DNA from: Octopus vulgaris
Lineage: Eukaryota
Assembly (NCBI GenBank): GCA_951406725.2
Contig: OX597821.1
Location: forward strand, 48,980,001 to 49,044,000
Direction of reading: 5' to 3'
Length of the DNA: 64,000 bases
Position numbers and translations under genes: made by a program. The notes under the pieces are model-generated. The model saw nothing but the letters and a program-made list of their open reading frames with translations. It did no database searches and was not told where the DNA came from. Below are positions 41,020 to 53,400 of this stretch, piece by piece (within the stretch, counting starts at the first letter, position 1; every line of letters starts with the position of its first letter).

Positions 41020-42441
41020 AACTGAAAGAGGTATTTGGATGATTGCTTCATACTTTGGAAAGACAGCATGGACAAACTACTCGATTTTAAAATAATGCTT
41101 AACAATATTAATAGCAACATACAATTCACCATGGAACACAATAGTAAACAGCTCCCTTTTCTTGACATTCTAATTAAAATAGTTAATAACCACATCGAAA
41201 CAGACATCTTTTATAAACCCACAGATTCTAAACAATACCTATGCCACTCCAAACACATAAAAATTAATATACCTTATAATCTAGCGAAAAGAATCTGTAT
41301 CATAGTTTCAAACATCTATACTCGTGAACAAAGACTCCTTTAACTTAGGTCAATACTAATTAAAAGACATTACCCAATATCATTAATAAATGATGGCATT
41401 AAACGAGCTAAGGAAATAGATATACGAACATTAAAGGAAGCCAGCCGAAATACTAAACCAGACTTTAAAATACTCCCGTACATTTCAACACATAACCCTA
41501 GAAACAGGAGATAAAACATTGAACAAAATTTTAAGCTCATACAAAATTATCAAAAGCAAAATGCAACCGAAATCACTGAAAAAATATTAACCAGCGCAAA
41601 ACTATATCCATTAACAACAGAACGAAAAGTGAAAAAATGTAGTCGACCTAACTGTGGAAGATGCCCCCACCTTTTGGAGAGTTCAGAATTCCACTTTAAA
41701 CAAGGTGAAATATTTAAGATCAAATCAAATTACACCTGTACCTCGGAAAATTTAATCTATGCCATGACGTACTTAGGATGTGGTAACAACTATATTGGCC
41801 AAACAGGAATATCACTCCGTCAATGAACCACTCTCCACAAAGAACACATCCGCCACCCACAATACAGACAGTTACAGGTTAGTGAACACATAGAAAGGTG
41901 TGCTAGGAATTTTAATCCTAATTTCCTAATTTTCCCCTTCTATAAATGTTCACAGAACACCTCAATGCAACAAAGAATGAATAAAGAGGCAACTTTCATC
42001 AATAAATATCTTCCCCAACTAAATATGAACACATAACATAATACAGAACACTACTAACCTTTCAATTAATACCACTAACCCCCATACATACCTTACACCA
42101 TTCTCTTTACGACTCAATATCTAACCTAATTGCACCAAATCCAGAACTACTTACCTCCCTTACAAATAATCTTTTTTCTCGGGGACTATTAGACCTGACA
42201 CAGTTCATTAATCGGTGTGCATTCAAAGCAATGAATAGTTGTATTCAAAGCAATGATTAGTAACTTACGAAATCGGTATGCTTGAATCTCTTTAGCAAAT
42301 CACAATAATGATTTATGTTACTTTTATTCCTACCTCAGTTCATCAAATTGTATTTATCTTTCGTTACTTTTCATAAAAAGCCTTTACTTTTTTGATTTAC
42401 AATGTGCATTTTCGTTTATTTTTCTTACTTTCCCATTACAT
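41020..42441 (+). mobile_element. 5'-truncated Penelope-like element with 3' pseudo-LTR
   Basis: RYLDDCFILW, LPFLDILI, DIFYKPTD, NIPYNLAKRIC; GIY-YIG NLIYAM..CGNNYIGQTG; terminal 42064-42441 duplicated at 46646-47023. Confidence 0.9.
42243..42287 (+). ncRNA. Minimal type I hammerhead motif, A3-U8 core
   Basis: attcaaagca AUGAUUA gta-act-tac GAAA tcgg UA tgcttgaat; 9-bp stem I with one bulge; lies in a PLE terminus. Confidence 0.7.
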
Positions 42442-42489
42442 TACCACGTGTAGTTTCTATTTTCTTTTTGTAACATATTTCTATTAAAT

Positions 42490-42720
42490 ATATATAAATT
42501 AGAAAAAAGCTCCTTTTATCAATTCAATAATGAAAAATTAAATTATACCATCTAGAAAATTACGTATTATCGAAAGATTAAATATTCGATAAAAAATATA
42601 ACGATGATATTTTTTATCTTATATTTAATCTTTCTATAATATGTAATTTTCTAGACGGTGAATTTAATTTTTCATTATTGAATTGATAAAAGGTTGGGGG
42701 TTTTTCTAATTTATATATAT
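42490..42720. repeat. Long AT-rich hairpin
   Basis: ccttttatcaattcaataatgaaaaattaaatt pairs with aatttaatttttcattattgaattgataaaagg; pairing continues to the centre near 42603. Confidence 0.85.
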
Positions 42721-42814
42721 ATATTGTATTTTGTGAAATTTGATTTAGTATTTCTAAATTGAATTTTTCCCTGTAAGTTTGGAATAATATTCCCTCATAT
42801 TGTTGTTGCTGTTG

Positions 42815-42894
<80 letters not shown>

Positions 42895-42896
42895 GT

Positions 42897-42953
<57 letters not shown>

Positions 42954-43149
42954 CATACGAACGTTATAAATATCTATGCCCATCGGTTAAACTAATTTGA
43001 ATTTATGTTCATGTGTGTAAGTGTAAGCGTTTCAAAAAAAAAATCAAATCATAATGATTTATTATTTTATGCATGTGTGCGTTATTGTACTGTGTTCTCT
43101 ATTCTTCCATTTTTTTATCTAACATATAATACATTGGTTTATGCTATAG

Positions 43150-43406
43150 GTTATTATCTCTACATTGAAACATCGGCACCTCGTATTGGTGGAGATGTCG
43201 CGAGGATTATGTCACCGGTTTTACCGCCAGTAACGGGAGGTTATTGCTTTGAAATGGCTTACTTTATGTTCGGAAGCCATGTATCTATGTTAACCGTCAG
43301 TTTACGGAACCACAACAGGGAAACAATTTTATGGATTAGAAGTGGCAACATTGGACCCTACTGGAACATTACTCGAATTGGTTTCTCAGTTTCAGAATCA
43401 TCACAG
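43150..43406 (+). CDS. Multi-MAM protein penultimate exon (MAM 3)
   Basis: ctatAG / GTaatt; phase 1/0; GYYLYIETSAPRIGGDVARIMSP...CFEMAYFMFGSH...GNIGPYW...SSQ. Confidence 0.95.
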
Positions 43407-43704
43407 GTAATTTCTTTCTCCTTTTTATATAAAATATTCATACGTTTTTACTCCTTCCAATACTTTTCAATTAAAACAAATCTTTTTCACTGGCGTTTTA
43501 TTCTGATTATTAGATTAAATGTATTCTAGCCATAATCTATCCCGTCTTTTTAAGGCATTGTGTATCTGATGTGTCCCTTCCATATTTAGTATAGTAGGAT
43601 GTGCTTGGAGGCAAATTAGCTACTATTTCTCGCGGATCAAGTGATAACTGCATCGTTGGTAATAATATAGACATACAGACAGACAGACAGACAGACAGAC
43701 ATAA

Positions 43705-43810
<106 letters not shown>

Positions 43811-44294
43811 TTCAATACATGGACACACTACTTTAAGTGCATCCCCTACCCACTCTTCTTCTATAACAACCCTATGGAACCGTTTTTCCACTTAGCCCCT
43901 GACTCCCGATTTTTCTCCTAAAGACGTTTTCTCATTCGCTTTCTTTCATTATTTCTTTTCACTATCTTTCTTTTGGTGAAAGACTAGCGTCCGAAACTTC
44001 AAGGCTCTTTTCCTTTTTGAACGTTAAACTTGTATTACAATATTTGTTAAAAACTTGTTCCTCCCTTGCTGTTTTCTGCCTTATATTCATTGCTTTCATT
44101 GTTTACATAGATAGCTAGCCAGCTAGATACATACATACATACATACATACATACATACATACATACATACATACATACATACATACATACATACATACAC
44201 ATACATACATACATACATACATACATACATACATACATACATACATACATACATACATACATACATACATACGTACGTACGTACGTACATACAT

Positions 44295-44690
44295 TTATGG
44301 CTGCCCCCTCGTTATCGAGTATGGCCATTGAACGAAGCTTAATTATTACTGGTGCTGTGATCGAATGTGACTTTTTAGCCCAGCTAAAGATCTACAATGT
44401 CTTGTACAAAATTGGCAACTAAAACCTTTACTGGTAATAGCCGGCTGTAGTTGTAACTGGGCTTCATGTACCTTTGCATGTCGTTTAAGTCCTCCTGCCG
44501 AATTACACTCTCTTCCACATGCCCGACAGATATGATTAGTATGGTATGTTACACCACCACCAGTGGCTAGGTTGTCACTCATCTGTCTCGTTTTATGACT
44601 ACGAAGATGACTCATGAGTCCAGCTTTACTGAGGCAGGGTCTCAGAATCAAAGGCATGTCAGAATCAAAGGAAGATCCTTCCCTTCTGGA
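44295..44690 (-). mobile_element. RTE-type LINE 3' fragment with tandem C2H2 zinc fingers
   Basis: CLSKAGLMSHLRSH, CRACGRECNSAGGLKRHAKVH, CQFCTRHCRSLAGLKSHIRSQH; short 3' UTR similar to 10290-10325; bounded by (TACA)n. Confidence 0.72.
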
Positions 44691-45287
44691 AATGTACATA
44701 CATACATACATACATACATACATACATACATACATACATACATACATACATACATACATACATACATACATACATACATACATACACGCATGCATGCATG
44801 TTAAGTATGTATGTATATACAAATAAACGTAAACATCATTAATATACCGATGGGCACATACTATAATAACATGCAGTGTATCTTGTTCAATGATATTTCG
44901 GGAGAGAGACACTTAGGCAGCAGTTTTGAGATGTGTACAATTGAAATGATGTGTGAAGACTCAATCTTTTTACAGTCGGTCTTACATAAACTGAATAGAA
45001 GGAATCTTGGAAATATTATTGACTAGTTCGTTTCTTTAGTCAGCGAGTAAACCTTCATTTTATTGTTTTGCTAAATATCACATTTTCTACTTTAAATTGC
45101 TATGATTGTGAAAAAACTATTATTACACAGGAACACTTCAGTAGTTATATTCGTATGTGCTCGTATATGCGTGTATGTACGTGTGTACGTTTGTGTAAAA
45201 GTAAGTATGTGTGCGTGTGTGAGAGTGCATGTATGTGAATGTGTGCACGCACGTGTGTGTGTGAATGGGAGTGTGCACGTGTGTATG

Positions 45288-45355
<68 letters not shown>

Positions 45356-45522
45356 TGTGTGTGTGCACACGCGCGCTCGCAACATAGTAATTGAAATATT
45401 AAATGCCTAACAATGATCAGTGGTTTCATTTCAGTCTAACCAGACCAAAAATTCCCGACCGGAGTAAGATTAATGCCCAGTTTAACTAACCAGTTATCTC
45501 AATCGTATTGAGTTCCCTTTCA

Positions 45523-45948
45523 GTGAAGGCGCATGGCTTAATGGTTAGGATATTCGACTCACAATCTTAAGATCATGAGTTCGATTCACGGCGACACGTT
45601 ATGCCCTTGCGTATGACACTTTATTTCACGTTGATTTATGGTGTAGGTTATTATCTCTACATTGAAATATCGGCACTTCGTATTGGTCGCCAGTTTCAAA
45701 AGTTGATTATTTTGAAATGACTTACTTCATATTCGGTAGCCATGCCCCTATATTAACCATCTGTTCACTGGCAAAAATGAGTTGTACCTGTGTTTCAAAG
45801 AGCTAACCATGTCAAATACTGTATCCTCCTGAGTAATAGGTTAATGATACGCGTGTCTGTTCAACCACTTGCACGTTAATCTCACGAGCAGGCTGTTCCG
45901 TTGATCGAATTAACTGGAACCTTTGCGTCGTAACCGACGGAATGCCAG
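45523..45948 (+). mobile_element. tRNA-derived SINE interrupted by an exon copy
   Basis: A box TGGCTTAATGG, B box GAGTTCGATTC; body matches the 5480-5727 copy except for the insert at about 45634-45765. Confidence 0.85.
45647..45770 (+). pseudogene. Decayed partial duplicate of exon 43150-43406 inside a SINE
   Basis: tAGgttattatctctacattgaaa...cgtattggt matches 43147-43190, then about 34 nt are deleted and similarity resumes to about 43305; TGA at 45718-45720. Confidence 0.88.
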
Positions 45949-46223
45949 TTGAGTTCTCTTTATCTGGAAAATAGCTGCATTAAGCACAGTTTACCTACAC
46001 GCGCACAAACACTCACACACACACAAATACATACAAGACAGACGAACAAGCACTTGTACACACATGAACGTTAAATTATACGAAATCAAAGGGAGTGGTC
46101 AATACATGTTTGGAGTATACGGTGTATTGAAACTGAATGTTTATCTCACGACTAAAATTTCACGTCACTGCGACCTTCAGGCATGAAACACAATGTTTGT
46201 ATGTGTGTGTGTGGTTATTGTCA

Positions 46224-46301
<78 letters not shown>

Positions 46302-46645
46302 TAGTAGTAGCAGCAGCAGCAGTATTGGTGGAAGTGGCAGTGGTGATGGTTGTAGTTCTCAATACAAAGTCTATTGGCTCCCACTTTACTCTTCATCCTG
46401 GTGATATATAGTTACCTATATTTACGGTTTGAACTCAAATCCCGTCGGGGTGAAGTGCTAATCAAATACAAGAGTGAATTTAATTGAATATGTAGACGAG
46501 TGCTCCGCAACCGGCATGCCGCATTACACTGGTGTGCACCACAAGACGATGCTAGGTGTGCCGCAATGTACCCTGAATATAATTTTTTTTTATTTCCCGA
46601 CACTTCTAGTCATATTTTTAGTTCAGGTGTGCCGCCGAATTTTAA

Positions 46646-47023
46646 AATTAATACCACTAACCCCCATACATCCCTTACACCATTCACTTTACGATTCCAT
46701 ATCTAACCTAATTACACCAAATCCAGAACTACTTACCTCCCTTACAAATAATCTTTTTTCTCAGGGACTATTAGACCTGACACTGTTCATTAATCGGTGT
46801 GCATTCAAAGCAATGAATAGTTGTATTCAAAGCAATGATTAGTAACTTACGAAATCGGTATGCTTGAATCTCTTTAACAAATCACAGTAATGACTTATGT
46901 TACTTTTATTCCTACCTCAGTTCATCTAATTGTATTTATCTTTCGTTACTTTTCATAAAAAACCTTTACTTTTTTGATTTACAATGTGCATTTTCGTTTA
47001 TTTTTCTTACTTTCCCCTTACAT
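46646..47023 (+). mobile_element. Solo Penelope 3' terminus (pseudo-LTR)
   Basis: Near-identical direct copy of 42064-42441. Confidence 0.9.
46825..46869 (+). ncRNA. Minimal type I hammerhead motif, A3-U8 core (second copy)
   Basis: Identical to 42243-42287. Confidence 0.7.
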
Positions 47024-47346
47024 AAGTGTACCGCAAGTGAAAAAAAGGCTGCAGTGCACTGACATAGATCTTCCAAAATGTCTGACCTTGTACCAATGAT
47101 AGACATCTTTATTATCATTGTCACCGAGACTGGGCATTTTCGATTTTTGCGCAAAACCCGTTATATCGATTTCTTTTCTGGTGACCCAATAGTTTCTCTC
47201 TCCACTTCAATAAAATTACGTTGGTTTTGAATTTTTTGCTTTCTTCAATGTTGAGAAAATATTGCATCACATTAACAACATGTACAAGTTTGCAATAATT
47301 TAACTCTGTACTTACTGTTGTAGCTTGTTTTTCTTCTTTGTTACAG

Positions 47347-47430
47347 TTGATTATTGCCGGTGTGGTCGGAGAATCTTATCGAAGCGACATCGCCATTGAT
47401 GATACCGTACTTACTCGAGGACCTTGCTGA
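47347..47430 (+). CDS. Multi-MAM protein last coding exon
   Basis: ctttgttacAG acceptor; phase 0; LIIAGVVGESYRSDIAIDDTVLTRGPC then TGA; AATAAA candidates downstream near 47698 and 47817. Confidence 0.93.
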   Translation: MIIAGVVGESYRSDIAIDDTVLTRGPC

Positions 47431-48704
47431 CATTAGATGATGATGAATGAGAGTAGGTGAGAGAGAGAGTGTAAGGATATAGAGGATAAGTGAGTGGGAG
47501 AGAAAGTTAAATAGAGGAAGAGAGAGAGAAGAGGGTGAAATGGATAAATCATTGCAGTTTTTAATAGCAGTTGCGGGTTGACATAAGTGACAGAGAAAAA
47601 TGGGGGAAGAAGCAACATAAACTGAACAAAGGTAAGGAAAACATAGATAGAGTACGCATGCGATTTTGTGCCTACATATGTGTGTGTGAAAGAGGAGAAT
47701 AAACCGAGAAAGAAAAGGATATTGAGAGAGAGAGAGTGAGAGAGACAAGAAAAGCAAAGTATGCATCCAATTATTATATATTCCATAAGTGTATGTCTAT
47801 TGAGGTAGCAAGTTAAATAAATACAGCTAGGCTTGTGACATATATTTACCTGGAACACAAAATATAGATTATAAACTATAGAAAAACTTGTGTAAAGTAT
47901 TATCTCAACAGATATTTCAAGCTGGCCATAACTTGAGTAATAACCATATTCGCAAGTAATTTGTACATGGTGTCATAAGTGTGCAATCAGCGATAAATCC
48001 AGATGGAATAATTAAAGTAAGTTAGCTTTCCTTTTTCCAAGAGTAGAGAGGTAAATGCGAGTTGTCTGGTAGTGTTCACAAATGGAGACGTTTAAAGAGA
48101 AGAGAAAGGAGTATGAGTTGGATGAAGCGGAAGGAAATAGTGAAGCAGAAGGTGGGATTAAGAGGCGAGATGTGATGAAGATACACGTTGACAATAACCA
48201 GGTATCAAAAAGATAAAGTAAATAGCTGGTTGAATAAATAGTGTTGTCATTCAACCTCACGGGATGTGTGCGCAAGGAGCAATGGACAGAGAGACGTTAG
48301 AAAATTAAGCGTCGAGGTAAGGGAGTGGAGGTAGTAGGAGAATAAAGTTCTGTGGGAAAAGAGAATTTTAGCTGAGATGAGAAATTATAATTATTTTACA
48401 TAATGAGCAAAGGTCCTATAGAATTTGTGTCAGTAAGAAATTATGTTAGAGAATCAATTAAGTAATGCGGCCTCGTTCAGGTGCTATATTGTGAGTGATT
48501 CCCAGCAATATAATTTACAAACATGATTTGCGTTATATGTCCATGAAAATGAAAAGAGAAAATAGGAATATAAGCATAGTATGTATTCACCTTTGTGTAA
48601 AAGTGTAAAGGAGGTGAAAAAACGATTTCAGTGCGCATACGCCTTTGTGTCGCCTGATGAGTGTGAGTGTGTGTATGCTGTGTGTGCGTGTGGTGTATAC
48701 ATAC

Positions 48705-48765
<61 letters not shown>

Positions 48766-48949
48766 TGTGTGTGTGCATATATGTGAGGTATGTGCATATA
48801 TGTGTGCGTGTGTACGGGTGTGTGGCTGCTGAATAAGTGTAATTTTTCAAGAGTTAGTGTGTTCTCTGAGCAACTTTAGGAGTGGAACAATGAACAATGA
48901 ACAAAGAACTAATCTGAAAGAAATCATTTGGACAAATTATCACAAAAAG

Positions 48950-49070
48950 TTTCAAATTGTAACGCCAAAGAGTGGAATCATCAAATTGAAGCGCCAAAGA
49001 GTGGAATTACGAAATTGTAACGCCACAGAGGGGAATTATCGAATTGAAACTCCAAAGGGTGGAAATATCA
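48950..49070. repeat. Minisatellite, about 29 bp unit, about 4 copies
   Basis: aaattgtaacgccaaagagtggaat.. repeated with variation. Confidence 0.75.
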
Positions 49071-49807
49071 GCAGCAATGCAGCAGTTAGTTGCCATTTCA
49101 TGTAATATTGTGGAGCAGTTATGGCTTACGTCGCCTAAGTACTACCAGGTTTTCTACAATTAGAAGAGATTCCATACACCAGTGAGTTAGTTGGTACAAA
49201 CTTTATACTTTTAGTTGTCACATACAATATTACCCATGATATATTATAGTTTTACATATTCATCCCATTGTGTATGACAGCTAAATAACATTTCTTATGT
49301 AGGCAAGGAGAGATTTTAAAGAACAAACTGCCGATACTTTATGGACAGCCACATTAGATATTTGTACTCACAGCAGATATTTTACCTGATACTGGCTGAC
49401 AGTTCATGAGACATCTATAAGACATGCAAAGAAGAAAAAACTACTAACTGAGAGCAAAATATCATTTTATAATTATGTCCATAAAGAATTAAACCAATAT
49501 TAGATAAGAAAGTCAACATAGACCAGGATAAATAAATGTTAGATAAGGCCAAAATACAAGCGATTTACAAATATTAAATAAGCAAGCCAAAGTCGATACA
49601 GATTTACTGTTTCAGCGTTTCCGTCATATTTCCTCTCAAGTCAGTCTAATAGCAACTCACATGTCTAAAATATATGATTTTTTCCCTTTGTAAATAAATA
49701 GTTTTGGCTTTAATGGAAATACTGAATTCAATAAAAGTAGTATTCACAAAATATTCTCTTCCGAAGTTTTTCTTCAAAGGGACAATTTTCGTAAACTAAT
49801 AAATATG

Positions 49808-49861
<54 letters not shown>

Positions 49862-50258
49862 CATCGTCATCATCATCATTTTCATCATCTTCATCATTGT
49901 TGCCAGAGCTGGACGTGTATTTCGGAGCTCCGTAAGTGTGTGCCTTGTTTACCTCTAAAAAGATTGTTATTGTTACATTTTATTGTTATAACTTGTGGCT
50001 AAGTTAATCTAGACAATATTGGTCTGATTAACAGTGTTTTGTGGGGGGGGGGGGGTTTGCCCTGCGGGGCAAATGTCACTCGAAAAGAAAATTTTCCTTA
50101 CAAAATTTGCAAAATTTAATATGGTGTCGTCGTCTTTCTCAACGAGAGGGAAGAAGGAGGAGATGTAGAACATGACATTATCTTCTGCCGTCACTCGCCC
50201 CCACTCACTCTAGATATAAATGATAGTGGTAGCAGCAGCAGGAGTGGCAACAGCAATG

Positions 50259-50289
<31 letters not shown>

Positions 50290-50429
50290 CTACAGTGGAA
50301 ATATCGGGAGTAATAAGTATACGATCAAGGAAGCACGAAATATAACTAACAGCAGCCAGTTGTGCAAGGAAAATATCACTACCACCATCACCACTACAAC
50401 TACGACCACCACACAAATCAGTAAAATTT

Positions 50430-53400
50430 CGAACAAATAAAGAGAAGGTTCAAATAGAAATAGCGTTTCTTTTTGCAAAAGTTACAGAAAAGTTTTAAAT
50501 TGAGTCTTTAAAGGATAAGGAAGAACATCTAAAGGAAGCTGAGAGGGTTATAAGACGTGAAGAACGAAAGGCTACACTAAATGCGCCTCAAAACCTGCTA
50601 GAGACAACCGTAAAAAAAAACAATCATGTACAGATGTCTGTCCATGAAAAGAAGACTGGAAAAAATACCATCAGACCAAGTCGAGCTCTGCCTGAAAAAT
50701 ATATGGGAGTTGTCTGCTTTGTCTGCCACGCCCGAAAGTTCGACTACATGGAAATCGTATTCCAGTCGGAATCACTAGCAGAAAAACACTAAACCGTCCA
50801 ATTAAAAACGGAGGAGTTCACTTTAATTTCCATCTATCTGGGACAGAGAGTGATCCGAATAAAAATAAGTAACGTTCCACCAGAAATCGATTTCTGGCGG
50901 GTAGTGAAAGCCTCCTAGAAATCAAAAAATCTCAAAGAAGTAGGGTTGGAAATTCTACTGCAAGTAAAGCTAGAATCTGTAGAGAAAATTTCCGACCTAA
51001 TGGAAATCCCTGGAGGCATCTGCAGATGATCGTGGAAGGAAGAAGGCTGCGGTGTTACTTCTGTGGTGATTCAGATCACATCAGAGTCTATTGTCCGAAG
51101 GAAATAAGGGAAGGGGGGTGAGCCGCAGCAACCATTAACACCACTACAACCACAACAACAACAGACACCACAACAAGGGCAGCAGAAGCAGCAACAATAG
51201 TGCCAACAGAGACAACTGGACGCAACAGCATCCACAAAAACCAATATAGCGCCGGCAGCAGCTGCAGCTACAACAACGACTGGAGTGGAAACAACTGCAC
51301 AACATCAAGCAGAATGCACACCAGCAACAGCACCAACCACATCACAAACAGCAACAACAACGGGAACTCCCCACCAAAAATAATGACAACACCATTAACA
51401 ACGTCAACAGTAAAACAAACACCTGTGGAAGAAATACCCCTCCCCTATTGGCACAACGAAAACGACGGAAATAAGGAGGGATAAGCATGGCAAACAGTTA
51501 CGCGAAAAGGAACAAAAAGACGGGAGAGCACAAACGATAATCAAAAAAACAGGCAGGTACAAGAAAATGGAGGAAGAAACGAACAGTAACAACAGAACAC
51601 CATGCATAAACTCACCTACACACACACACAGGCAACAATAACTTCATTCTCGCCCCTACTTCCACAACCATCACAAACAAAACATACACAACAGATGGAC
51701 TACATTCCACCAACTTATCATGATCACAAAAAATAACGAATTAATAGAACACATCTACAAACACATGGATATTAATGAATCCAATTATTATGTCACACCA
51801 ACCACAAATATACTGGCACGCATAAAAGTTTTCAAAGTTACTCAAAGCGACTACAAAATTTTAAAATCTAGATATCCCCAGTTTCAAAAAAGACCTCACT
51901 ATCAGATATTACAAGGAACTGCTAGAGAAAAAACTTCACATCCAACGAGAGGGACGGAGTAGGCACTCCCGCTCTTCTACAAAGCCTTGGTAAGTAGCTC
52001 TCTCCTACTTTCACACATTCCCATCGTCCAACATGGTATTGTTTAGAATCGGCAGTATAAATGTACACGGCCTGGGATCGTCATGGAAGCAAGGTCGCTT
52101 GCTCAATGGCCTCAGGTGGCGAAAATTAGACGTAATAGCTGCCAGTGAGACCAGGATCTCGGACATGCACGCCTTAGCACCCATTTTCAATAATTATGAG
52201 AACTTTTGCATCACTTAGTCGACCGGGAATGGGGGAGGCGTTGTTGTTCAGAAAAGGTCTGGATCTTGAGATACGGTCGGTCTTCTTGAACCTGGAAGAT
52301 AGGATGGTGGTCCTGAACGTGAATGATAACGAAAACAGTGCCTTTAGACTGGTTGCTGTGTACGCACCGACTGGAGCGGGACAGCCGGATTTCTTTAGAC
52401 GCTTGGAGGTCTTTCTTAGGACGTCTCGCTCCTTAGTGCTAGTGGGCAACTGGAATGCCATCTTGGATGCACATGTGGATTGGGTGGGGCTAGCCGACAG
52501 GAAAGGTGGGTGCGCAAGCCTCACAAACCTGATCAGTCGTTTCCAGTTGGCTGACAGGTTCAGACTAGATTTCCCAAATGCCCCAATATGGACGTGGGCA
52601 AATAGTATTGAGTCATCTAGATCTTATCTAGATAGGGTAATTTGCAGACCAGCATATGTTGCCCACAATTTGAAATTGTCAGCTATACAGACCACAAATT
52701 TGTGATCTATATGATCGACCTAGGTAGGATCCGTAGGCAGGGCCGCCCCCCCCCCTGGATACTGGAAGCTAAACGCGTCTTTCTTGGCACGCCAAGCTTT
52801 CACTGAGCGGATTAGTAAGTTATTCCATCGAAAACTGACGGGTGCAGTCGCCAACAACCGATTGTGGGCAGCCGTAAATGAGCGGTTAGAGTAGAAGCGG
52901 TAGGATTTAGCAGGGAATTAGGAATAGAGAATACTAAAGTAGAGGGAGAACTAGTTAAAAAATTAGAAGAGGCATTCAGTAGAGGCATGGCGACTGACGA
53001 AGGTTGCATTGTCAGAGCTAAGACACACTAGGGAATGAAGCCCGTTCGATGGGCCTGAGGCCCAACGTGGTAATAAAACCACAATTCGGTCTTTGATGGG
53101 TAGGGATGAGCGCATGCTATATGAGTCCAAGCAGATTTGTACGGAATTTCAGCAGCACTTTACTGAATTGTACGAGGCGCGCGGTGATTCGGAGGCGGAG
53201 ATGAACTTTACCTCCAATCTCGACAGACTGCCGCGGCTTTCGGCCTGGGATGTGGAGTTCTGCGAAATGCCGATAACAGCAAATATTATATGTGACGTAC
53301 TGGACAGTTGCACAAGGAAAAAAGTCTCCGGGATTTGATGGTCTGGCCTTGGAGCTTTATATTCATACGCCAGACTTGTTTGGTGAGATTTTGGTAGATG

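Larger units (their letters stand above)
46498..47061. mobile_element. Probable hAT-type MITE interrupted by a PLE terminus
   Basis: Imperfect termini gagtgctccgcaacc / ggctgcagtgcactg; internal gtgtgccgc motifs; related 8-bp flanks atgtagac / acatagat. Confidence 0.5.

Noticed and set aside
44346-44912. Host C2H2 zinc-finger gene
   Set aside because: No TGEKP linkers, N-terminus is microsatellite, and the 3' end matches the RTE LINE terminus.
48950-49070. CRISPR-like array (also 37255-37335)
   Set aside because: Contiguous degenerate tandem units without unique spacers, in eukaryotic DNA with no cas genes.
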